DNA of 64,000 nt from Macrostomum lignano. Lineage: Eukaryota. The notes beneath the pieces are model-generated. The model made no database searches and was not told where the DNA came from. It saw only the letters and a list, made by a program, of their open reading frames with translations. This document shows, one piece after another, positions 36,327-47,784 of this stretch. Within the stretch, counting starts at the first letter, position 1. Each line of letters begins with the position of its first letter. The stretch spans positions 186,001-250,000 of the forward strand of contig NIVC01001626.1 in assembly GCA_002269645.1 (NCBI GenBank). Direction: 5' to 3'. Made by a program: the position numbers and the translations under genes.

Positions 36327-37861
36327 GCGGATTAAAATGATAGATAAATTGCATGTATATTCTCGCCGTGAAATCAAACATGTGCGATGGAGCCCAAACG
36401 TCAAGATTCGAGTGGATATGCTATAGCATGTCACAGTTTCTGATGCAACGAGAGTAGCGCGCTAGAGCCATCAAAAGATGAAATTATATGCATCTCTTCC
36501 GTATGCAACGTATGTGTTAATAGTATAGTGTCTGCAGATGAAAACTGAAAATCCAAGGCCAATAACTACTGCTGCCAATCCATCAAAGCTGCGTTGTGCA
36601 AGTACAATAAAATTGTGGATCGTGGATTGCTCCATAAAGCCTCACTGCACATGGTAATCTGGCATTTCGTAGAGGATCAGGCAGTTCATTCCGCATGTAT
36701 TTACATAGCACTCACAATATTGCATCAGCACTAATAAAGCTGTTCCATGCAATCGAGTTGGAGAGCCAATCCTTCAGATTTTGCAACTGCAGCGTTAATC
36801 CGTTGTGTGAACCCAAATTACAGCGTACATATAGTTTTGAAATGGAGTATTTCTGCTTTGATTAATTCAAATTAAAATCCTTGAATTTTTGCGTATTGTA
36901 CCTTTAATGTAGCCTCTAGTGTACCTTGGCGCATGTATTCCAGCAGCTCAACTGCCGTAGAACGAATTCGGAGAATGTATTACGCGAGTTTATTTACGCA
37001 CGTGACAGTAAGAATCTGTTTATGCATATTGTAAACATGACCCGGGCATCCATCCTATCGACACAGCCGATGCAATCAAATCAACGGCATATGATGAGAG
37101 CTGCTATTTGTATTCATTAGCAAACCATAACATCAAATGTAAAATTAGTGTCATGACTCACGCCAGTAATGGATGGCAAGCATTTTCATTGGCCTTCAAC
37201 AACACTGCATGCATAGTGTGCGCGCCATTTTCCTGACCAGCAATTCCTATTCGCGTAATGCATACTGCTTAATTCCTTCATGTACGCATATGGTGTACTG
37301 TAAGTAGCACTGCAGGGGCTTAAGGAAATATGATTACAGGTTTGGTTCAAACACCCAATGATTTATTATGCATCTTCACTTATGACCGGCTGTGGCATTA
37401 GCCGGCTGCAACTCATCTGTGCTTAAAGCTTATATTTATAACAAACCTCTTTGTTACAGTGGGCATGGCAAGTATTGCCTGCGCAGCGTATGTACAGAGA
37501 CACGACACTGCAGGATGAAATTCAGACTAATTAATATATCAGCTTTCAGACTGGAAAGATTAATAAAATGTTAAATAATAAAACTTGCTAACCATGTACT
37601 TAAGAGACAATTATAATCTAAAATATGAGTGCGCAGTCAGGTTGACTAATTATGCAGCCTTCGAGAATCGGGCTTCCGAAAGAAGAACAGCATGTAGCAT
37701 TCGAGAACTGGGAACAGACACGGAGCAGTCTAACAGAAACCGGCAGCTAATAATTGGGGCTGAAATAATATTCACCTGGCTAATAATAAAGTCCGTACTC
37801 TGTGCAGATAGCGAACATTGCTGGGCAATGCATTGCCCGAAAATCCCATGGACACCTCGGC

Positions 37862-40800
37862 TTAGGCTGGGGGCAGCAGCTTGGCCAGGAACTCCTTCAC
37901 GTCCGACATTTCCTGCGATGCGATCGATGGGGACACGGGATCCTGGTGATTGCGATGGCTGACAGAAAGCTGACACACTGAAAGTGCACATGAGACACCC
38001 CACACTCACCAGCCTGCAGTGTGCATGAGACACCCCACACTCACCTGTCTGCAGTGTGCATGAGACACCCCACACTCACCAGCCTGCAGTGTGCATGAGA
38101 CACCCCACACTCACCTGTCTGCAGTGTGCATGAGACACCCCACACTCACCAGCCTGCAGTGTGCATGAGACACCCCACACTCACCAGCCTGCAGTGTGCA
38201 TGAGACACCCCACACTCACCAGCCTGCAGTGTGCATGAGACACCCCACACTCACCAGCCTGCAGTGTGCATGAGACACGCCACACTCACCAGCCTGCAGT
38301 GTGCATGAGACACCCCACACTCACCTGTCTGCAGTGTGCATGAGACACGCCACACTCACCAGCCTGCAGTGGGCATGAGACACCCCACACTCACCAGCCT
38401 GCAGTGTGCATGAGACACCCCACACTCACCAGCCTGCAGTGTGCATGAGACACCCCACACTCACCAGCCTGCAGTGTGCATGAGACACCCCACACTCACC
38501 AGCCTGCATACATGAGCACCCAGTGTGAGCACAACATGCAGACAATAAAATGTCTGCCTGACTGAAGCCAACAGCATTGAGTTTGGGCCAGACCTCCATA
38601 TGAAATCAAGATCAAAAGAGCCCAGATATTCAATAATCAATATTATGCCCGCATATTTCCCTCACACACGGCTTGAGCATCATGCTGCAATTCAGGCGTG
38701 CATGGCTGCATCTAAAATCAGTTTCTCAAGCCTTAGGTAATAAAAATAGAAAAAGTTGCCTCATTTTTGGCTTGAAGCGCCCGCCCAGTGCAGTTGTTAG
38801 AATATAGAGGCTTATGAACTGGCCCACAAGTGACTGGGAGAGGGTGGCAGCGGCCCACAAGTGACTGGGAGGGTGGCAGCGGCCCACAAGTGACTGGGAG
38901 GGTGGCAGCGGCCCACTGAGTGACTGGGAGGGGATGGCAGCAGCCCACTGAGTGACTGGGAGGGGATGGCAGCAGCCCACTGAGTGACTGGGAGGGGATG
39001 GCAGCAGCCCACTGAGTGACTGGGAGGGGATGGCAGCAGCCCACTGAGTGACTGGGAGGGGATGGCAGCAGCCCACTGAGTGACTGGGAGGGGATAGCAG
39101 CAGCCCACTGAGTGACTGGGAGGGGGAGGGGGAGACCATAAATGTTCGAAGACCGATCTTCATCAAACATTTATGAAGCTGTACAGATAACTATGGGGAC
39201 TGTTCGGCACACATCTCTGTTATCAAGACATCTACAAAGACCTGAGAAGCAACTCATGTCAATCCTGGCGGCTCACCTGGTCAGAGGACGAGTGCATGAG
39301 CCCCGGGTAGGACTTGAACTGAGCCTCGCCCACGCCCATCTGCTTGATCAGCTTGTGCGTCATGTCGCCCATGACGAACGGCACCATCTGGTCGCTGTCG
39401 CCGTGGCCTTGGAAAACCTGCGGCTTGTTGACCACCTGGCCGGGACTGGACAGCAGCTTCTGGTGCATCGGCAGCCAGCTGGATAGCGCCACGACCCCGG
39501 CCGGGCTAACCTTCGTGCTGGTCAGGCCGGTGTACAGCGCCAGAGCGCCGCCCATGGAGAAGCCGCCGATGGCCAACCGGCTGGAGGGGATGCCGGCCGC
39601 CGTCTCCTCGGCGATGAGCTTCTCCACCATGTCGCGGCCGCGCTCGATGCCAACTTCGTCCTGCTCGGCATTGGGGCTGAGGCCGCGGATGTCGAACCAG
39701 GCCGGCATCCGCATGCCGCCGTTCAGCGTCACCGGGATGGCGGGCGCGTGCGGGCAGACCAGCTTGCAGTAGGCCGGCACCACCTCCTGCAGAATGGAGG
39801 CCCAGCCATGGCCGGTGTCGCCAAGGCCATGCAGAAAGATCAGCTGATTCGGGGAGGGTGACAGGTTAGTAAGCTCGAGTTGAATTGAGCTGAGCTGGTT
39901 GGATATATCCAAGTTGGAACACAACTTGAGCTGGTGACCTAAATACTGACCTGCCTGACCTGTACCTTAAGTTGCCTGACCTACAGCCTAAGCAGCCTGA
40001 CCTACAACCTTAGCTGCCTGACCTACAGCCTAAGCTGCCTGACCTACAACCTTAGCTGCCTGACCTACAACCTTAGCTGCCTGACCTACAACCTTAGCTG
40101 CCTGACCTACAGCCTTAGCTGCCTGACCTACAGCCTTAGCTGCCTGACCTACAACCTTAGCTGCCTGACCTACAACCTTAGCTGCCTGACCTACAACCTT
40201 AGCTGCCTGACCTACAACCTTAGCTGCCTGACCTACAACCTTAGCTGCCTGACCTACAGCCTAGGCCTATGCTGCTTGACCTACAATCCAAGCTGACTGA
40301 CTTAAAACCTGACTAAACTTGAGGTGCCTAACCTACAAATTAAGCTAGTAACATACCAGCTTAGTAAAACCTATGTTGATTAACATACAACCCAAGTTGT
40401 CTAAACCACAACCTATAATATAGACAACAAAATAATAAAAGACTATAATAAATTAATAAAATATTGTTTATAAAGGCAAACCTAGTATCAAATCAGTTTT
40501 TTTTCAGTGCAAGCTCTGCTGATTATTTAATCTAAACCACAGCATTATTCTTAACCAGAATAGTCTCTTCATATATGACTTATAATTAAAAAAGAATGTT
40601 AAAAATCTTTAATCCATAGTGTAAAAGGATCTCTATGTATGATAGATAATAAAGTAAATTTCAGTTTGACTCTTATATGACAATACAACAATAGTCAAAT
40701 AATTTTACTTTAAAAAAATATTACAACAACTCTACAAGTAATTTAAATAGTAGTAATGTAACCACTTATTCATTTAGAAAGTCTTGTTGTGGTTATGAAC

Positions 40801-42373
40801 TTGTAAATACATATAATGTACAATAGCATGACCAATATATACAACCCTATTGGAATAAGTTGACAAAATGTGGACAACTGTCTATCACATTTTCAGATAC
40901 TCCAGGTGTTGCGTTGCGCAACAGTGGTGTCAAGTGGTGTGTTGCATCATGTGACAGTGCTGTCTAGCATTGTGCCACATCGCACAACACTGTGGCAACC
41001 TGGTGTTGTCATGCATCATGTTGCGCGACATGACAGTGTGGTAACTTGGCAGCTAGTATTGTTATATGTCGCGTTGCGGCCTGGATCTGCAGCCAAAACC
41101 TTGCAAACTGCATTTCATTGTTATCTGTTCATGGTTGTTCTTTGGTATTTAAATGTGTCAAACATGTTTGATAATAACTAGTTCTTGAATTGTTTTTTTT
41201 ACCAAAGAACTTTTTTACCTATATTTTTTACCTATTTATTTTGACAATAAAGTAACTAATACTTTAAATATAATTTTTAGAAATGTTACTTGTCAGTTAC
41301 AATGTGTGTGCTGTTTTTCTAACTGCTGTACCTTTGTTGTTTTACTTTTTATTGTTTTTAAATTTCATTTCTTTTTCTATGAAATTGAAAGGAATACTCT
41401 TGTCTCCTGCCCTATGGTCTTCGGGCTAGAACGACTAGTTGGGCAATGTGCAACATGGCTGCTGTGGCATTCTCCCCCCCCAGTCATTCGGTCAATAGAC
41501 ATTAGTGTAGCGTTGCCACATTACCCCCCCCCCCCCAGTCAACAAAATATAGTGTTGCATCGCACTTTTGAGGGTACAATTTTGCCACCCATGTTGCGCG
41601 TCCATAGATTTTTGAAAATTTTTCCAATAGGGCATATATAATAATACAAAAGGTACAACAAAAGGGCCCTTGCAAAAATGAATGATGTATAATATATACA
41701 ATGGCCAGCCTCAGAGTAAAATGGAAATTTCCATTGTACAACCATCCTTTTACACTATGGTCTATTATCTATTCTTTACATTAAATGCTTAGTTTTGCTC
41801 AAATTTCCATATACTAAAAATTAGTTGTTTGTTTGTACAAAATCAATTTTCTCTTGAATGGCTTGATTTTTGTATACTAATAAATAATAGTAATCCAACA
41901 ATATTTTTTAATCTAAAATCTAATAAAAAGCTTGTCTTGAAAAAAGCTTTTAGCAAATAATGTAGGTGTTGTTATTTTTGTTAGTAATTAAAATTGTAAT
42001 TGATAAAATGCATGCAAAATCTAATTAATACTAAAGTTGTATTTAATATAGTTTTTGCCTATAAACATAATTTTGCCATGATTAGACAAAACTTTAACGC
42101 GTATAAAAGTCTCCACATATCATACCACTACTCTAATAATGAACAAACAGCATTTAAAACATATAACGTGACTAAAACGGACTAGTCATTGTGATGCACT
42201 GCCGCGAGCCCTGAGCCCACTCTGCACTGATACCGACAAATCTAAAAAAAATATTGTTACTAAAATTACAAAGAATTAAGACTCACCGTAGCAGTGTGTA
42301 CAGTTGGTTTAATAACTACAGCCGCCATATCGTCACCTCTTTGCTGTCCTCGAAGCATAAAACAATTTCCCAT
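37862..42373 (-). CDS. LYPLA1: Acyl-protein thioesterase / lysophospholipase (LYPLA1/2, APT); exons 42373-42287, 39843-39277, 37912-37862; 234 aa
   Basis: IFLHGLGDTG, PVTLNGGMRMPAWFD, nucleophile GFSMG, GHGDSD, MHSS, C-terminal EMSDVKEFLAKLLPPA*. Both introns are phase 0 with GT-AG ends. LYPLA1 versus LYPLA2 orthology cannot be resolved here. Confidence 0.92.
37985..38510. repeat. 35-bp minisatellite in LYPLA intron 2
   Basis: Unit GTGCATGAGACACCCCACACTCACCAGCCTGCAGT. Confidence 0.95.
38820..39122. repeat. ~32-bp minisatellite in LYPLA intron 2
   Basis: Unit CAGCCCACTGAGTGACTGGGAGGGGATGGCAG. Confidence 0.95.
39945..40330. repeat. 21-bp minisatellite in LYPLA intron 1
   Basis: Unit CCTGACCTACAACCTTAGCTG. 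Confidence 0.93.
41806..41870 (+). mobile_element. Decayed Helitron-like 5' end (copy of the 44803 sequence)
   Basis: TCCATATACTAAAAA...GTTTGTTTGTAC matches 44803, with two CG>CA changes. Confidence 0.4.
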
Positions 42374-44137
42374 AGACTTGAAATAATCGCCCGCAATGAT
42401 AATTGTTACTATTTCTTATAAAAAATACAAAGTCAAAAAAACTTTTCTAGTCTTTTTCATTTTCTGTTTCCCTATATTAATTTTTAAACACACATAATTT
42501 TAAAGTGCACAATAGTAACTTTTTTTGCAAAAAAACTATTCAATAAAAAAGAAATAATTTGTTGTTTTTTTTCTGTTAATTTATCGCGCTTTAAACCGGC
42601 TCTTTCTTCGAAGAATTTTATTTTTTGATTCGGGCCTGATTTATCAAGATTAAAATTTACTTATAAGTTTCAGACGCCAAATATTTTTTATTTAGCACAT
42701 ATTTAGGTATTTTGTGGACCTGCATGCATAGTTTGTTTATTAATTATTTATTATAGCTAATGATAAATTTACCTCAATAAGTTGCACTTAATAGATTCGC
42801 GCCAGTTTCAGTTTGCAGGCTTGCGCAAAAAATTATTTTAGCCTAGCAGCGTTAGTTCTAAAATAAAATTTTAGCAACTAGTTACATCAAAATATGTTTT
42901 CCCAGGAAATGGAACATAAGTACTAAAAATAGAGGGGCACAAAGAAGCTTCAATTCAAATCCTTGCTACTGATTTTTTGCTAGATTTATCATGGCTCCAT
43001 AGTCAGGATCATGGTACACTTGCGCCGGAATAAATCCTATCAAAAAAGTTTGCTTGGGCCGTGCGTTGGAACTATTTATATAAAAAAGTTTGCTCGAGCT
43101 ATGTACCACAACATTTTGAAAAAAAGCAAAAATCAGTAATTTTCTGTTTGAAAAATACTAGTAAAACTTGTATTTGAAATATTGAATCTGCTGCATAGAA
43201 AATGCAATATTGAAATAAATTAATTAAAAAGCTGTCATAACACTGGCAAACAAAAAGTGCTAATAAAAATAAATAGTATGCCAATTTTCTATCAGAGAAA
43301 ATATTGTCTTGTCAGAAGTTTTTGTCTTACACCAATTTCCAAATTGTGCCAATTTTTTGTCTTGTGCTATACTGGGCGGATTTTTCTCCCTTGCCTGCTG
43401 TTGTGCCAGAATGCACAAGCACAGTGCATGTCCAACCCCTTTTTGTGCCAGAATTTTCCCTTAAAAAGGCTATCTTCCTGACTATGGTAACATGGCTATA
43501 GTAGACATCCTGTAGCCCTGAGTTTTATTGTCCAGTTCCAAATTTTCTTCGCAATACTGCCATCCTAACCAACTAGAATACTACTCTTTTTAGCTTGGTG
43601 GTAAGTGGCAAGACATCTAGTAGTCAATGATCAGGTTGCTAACAATGTAGTCCTATCATTTTATTCTGAACTAGTGCCATTGCAGTGCTTGTCTAGCTAG
43701 TGACAGTATCATGCCGATGCACCTTCAATGTTGAGCAGGTGATCAGTACATTGATGGCTTTGCTTGGAATTGCAAAGATTGCTGGTTGCAGGTTTTAATC
43801 TGTAAGGGCTCATTATTTGAGGCCTAGTGCTGCTAGTCTATAGCTTATCTACTAGGGTAAGCCTAGTTGCCATAGTAGTGTAGTAGTCAATTGAGGTGAA
43901 TGGTAAACCAAAGAAAAGCTGCTCACCAAGTGTAGATGAGCTCATAAACACTTGTTGATTGGGATAATTTCATTAGGGATATCTGTGCCTAGTACTCATT
44001 GACCATCTAAATGAACTAGGAGACCCTAGTTTGGGCTTAGTTAGGAAGTCAAAATATAGAAGTCTTATTTTATATACCAAAAATTTTATCAAGGTTGCAC
44101 ATTGGCCTAGCCAATTGATAGGTGCTAGCATGTTTGG

Positions 44138-44293
44138 GCGCAACCTAGGGATTCATCCGGCCATTTCTATTGGCAAGGCATACATGTAAGTTGCTATTAG
44201 ACAGAATAATAATCACGTGACTGCTCTCAGCCAATAGCAACTTACATGTGTGTGTTGCCAATCAAAATGGTTGGGTGATTCCCAAGGTTGCGC
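44138..44293. repeat. ~155-bp imperfect palindrome (hairpin MITE-like)
   Basis: ~63-bp arms GCGCAACC...CATGTAAGTTGCTATT and the reverse complement, ~30-nt loop. Confidence 0.7.
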
Positions 44294-44802
44294 ATATATA
44301 GGTGCTAGGAATAGTAGAGTGTGGCATTTAGAAATGCATGATAATACTAGTTGAGCCTAAGGAGTATATTTTGACAACCTTGTTGCCAATTATCACTTAT
44401 TATACTCTTTTGGGATTTGCATCTTGACAATTAACTGACAAGCTTACAACCAGCTGCCTAACTAGAAACCACAGTATTGTGAACCACTAGCTGCATTTAG
44501 TAAACCCACAATATGCAACCATTCATATGAATCTTATTTAAGTCACATAGGCTCATAGACTAACTAATAAGTTATTAGACTCAACTTAAAATTAATTTCT
44601 TATTCATAATCATAGCTTAATAGTTCAATTCCAGTTATGTTTTGTCATTAGAAATGAATTTTCATATAAATTTGAGTTTAGTGAATGATTTTTAAAGATT
44701 TCCATAAGGCCTATATATGAAAATGCAGAGTGTAAAATAACTAAATCAAAATATATCTAAATATACTAAATCTCTAAGGTTTGTATGTCCATAACGCTCT
44801 AG

Positions 44803-44945
44803 TCCATATACTAAAAATGTGATGTTTGTTTGTTTGTACGAAATCGATTATCTCCCAAAAGGCTTAACCGATTTTGTTAGAATTTGCACTGTTCGATCAG
44901 AAATTTTCCCGGGACGGTACATGTATCTTGGCTAAGAAATTTCTA
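44803..44945 (+). mobile_element. Helitron-like non-autonomous element, 5' end
   Basis: TC start, ATACTAAAA, (GTTT)n, then GGCTTAACCGATTTTGTTAGAATTT, the layout typical of invertebrate Helitron 5' termini. The 3' end was not identified. Confidence 0.45.
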
Positions 44946-45324
44946 AATGCTAAAGGGATTAAATATTCGAAAAACATGCTTTTTTGCAAAGGTCAAGCAA
45001 ACTTTTCGACTTGAAATGCATTGTAAGAATGCTAGAGAAAAAACTGACTGGTTGAATTCTGATTCTGAAATAGATTGCATCATCACAATAGGCTTTTTAT
45101 TTATCGTCTGTGTACTGGCTGAATTTTGACACTGAATTGAATTGCGTCACAGTATTGAAAACGCAGTGTGGAAGCATAGCACAACACTTAATTTATATTG
45201 CGTAACCATATTGCTAACTTTAATAGAGACTGGTACTGACTTGCCTAAGAAATTGATTATGTCCTAACTGTTTCGTGTGACTTGAACTCAATTGATGTGG
45301 TGTGAGTGTTGAATATATAAATCT

Positions 45325-45850
45325 ATTCTAAGAATCTCTTCTACTTTTGCATTCTAACAATGTCTTCTACTTTGTATTCTAAGAATGTCTTCTACTTTGT
45401 ATTCTAAGAATGTCTTCTACTTTCTATTCTAAGAATCTCTTCTACTTTGTATTCTAAGAATCTCTTCTACTTTCTATTCAAAGAATCTCTTCTACTTTAG
45501 AATCTATTCTGAGAATGTCTTCTACTTTCTATTCTAAGAATGTCTTCTACTTTCTATTCTAAGAATGTCTTCTACTTTCTATTCTAAGAATGTCTTCTAC
45601 TTTGTATTCTAAGAATGTCTTCTACTTTCTATTCTAAGAATCTCTTCTACTTTCTATTCTAAGAATCTCTTCTACTTTGTATTCTAAGAATGTCTTCTAC
45701 TTTCTATTCTAAGAATCTCTTCTACTTTGTATTCTAAGAATCTCTTCTACTTTGTATTCTAAGAATCGATTCTACTTTGTATTCTATGAATGTCTTCTAC
45801 TTTCTATTCTAAAAATCTCTTCTACTTTGTATTCTAAGAATGTCTTGTAC
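45325..45850. repeat. 25-bp minisatellite
   Basis: Unit TATTCTAAGAATGTCTTCTACTTT(C/G). Confidence 0.95.
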
Positions 45851-45895
45851 TTTTTATTAGCTTTTATTAAAAAACTAATTAAAAAGACCTAAATT

Positions 45896-46580
45896 ATGGC
45901 GCTAGATAAACCAAGGATTACTGCACTTGATAAACCAAGGAATTTTGCGCTTGATAAGCCAAGGATTATTGCACTTGATAACCCAAGGGTTATTGCACTT
46001 GATAAACCAAGGATTACTATAAGGATTTTTGCACTTGATAAACCAAGGATTATTGCACTTGATAAGCCAATGATTATTTCACTTGATAAGCCAAAGATTA
46101 CTGCGCTTGATAAACCAAAGATTATTGCACTTGATAAGCCAAAGATTACTGCGCTTGATAAACCAAGGATTATTGCACTTGATAAGCCATCGATTATTGC
46201 ACTTGATAAGCCAAGGATTATCGCACTTTGATAAACCAAGGATTATTGCACCCGATAAGCCAAGGGTTATTGCACTTGATAACCCAAGGGTTATTGCACT
46301 TGATAAACCAAGGATTACTATAAGGATTTTTGCACTTGATAAACCAAGGATTATTGCACTTGATAAGCCAATGATTATTTCACTTGATAAGCCAAAGATT
46401 ACTGCGCTTGATAAACCAAAGATTATTGCACTTGATAAGCCAAAGATTACTGCGCTTGATAAACCAAGGATTATTGCACTTGATAAGCCATCGATTATTG
46501 CACTTGATAAGCCAAGGATTATCGCACTTTGATAAACCAAGGATTATTGCACCCGATAAGCCAAGGATTATTGCACTAGA
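45896..46580. repeat. 24-bp minisatellite with a ~300-bp higher-order duplication
   Basis: Unit GCACTTGATAAACCAAGGATTATT; block 45940-46230 recurs at about 46240-46530. Confidence 0.92.
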
Positions 46581-47784
46581 TTTGAAAGGGCTATTGCACT
46601 AGCTGAGACATCGATTTTTGAACTTGATGAGTAAAGGATTATTGCACTAGCTGAGAAGCTGATTATTGCGCTGTCTAAAAAAGAGATTATTGCGCTCACT
46701 GAGACGTGGATCGTTGCACAACCTGAGAAAGCGATTATTGCATTAGCGGAGGTAACATTTGCACTAGCTACTTGCTGTCTCGCGGATGCTTGCTATTTGG
46801 AGGATGCTTGCTCTAGAGGGGGGATACTTGCTATTTGGGAGGGGGGTACTGGCTACAAGTATGGGATTCTTTCTATCCAGGGATGCTTGCTATTTAGGGA
46901 TTCTTGCTATCTGCAGGATGCTTGCTATCTGGGTGGATGCTTCTATCTGGGGGATGCTTGCTATCTGCAGATGCTTGCTATGAGCATTAGAGGATGCTTG
47001 CTATCTGCGGTTGTTTACTTTTGGAGGGGGGTGCTTGCTGTCTTGGGAATATTTTCTATTTAGGGGAAGCTATATTTTGTTGTCTGTTTGTTAATTTTAG
47101 AGAAAAAGTGATTCTTTCACTTTTTAAACATCTTTTTCCGTGACAATTTTACCCGAATACAAGCTAAGGTGATTTTTAAAAGTGAAGAAGGAATTGGTGT
47201 TTAAGAAAATGTGCTTTTTTATTTTTTTCCGTGAACTATTTTTGCTCCTTGCTTATTGGGCGCCCCAAAGGGGGGCCGCACTAGATTGCTAGTATAGTCT
47301 TATTATGCTTATTCCACTGATAAATGAGCAAATAAACAAGTGAACCTGAGGTCCTACCAGGGGAGAGAGACAAAGAGCAAGGAGATAGTTACAAACACAA
47401 TAAGAGAAAGTATGCTGACAGTTGAGAAATGCCAAAATGAGATAGATTTAGATTATTTTTGAGCTTCTAAAAGCTTGAGCTTTTGAGCTTCTAAGTCAAA
47501 TAGTAGGTTCACTAGGGTGTTCCATTGTCTATGCTCGTATATATAATAAATGATTACTATTTGATATTTGGTAGCAGAGTTTAAATGCTTATTAAAAATG
47601 AAATCTGTAGCTATCAGAAATCAAGAAATCTGGGTATTGATTCTGACTATTGAAATCCTAGGCTCCCAAGTTTGCCTGATTTGATCTTGTCTGACCCCTA
47701 TTTATTAGCAGGAGTTTTAACAGTATTTTCATCCCACCTAATCCTGTAATCAACTGACTCCCCTCCTCCAGCATCAGCTGGGCA

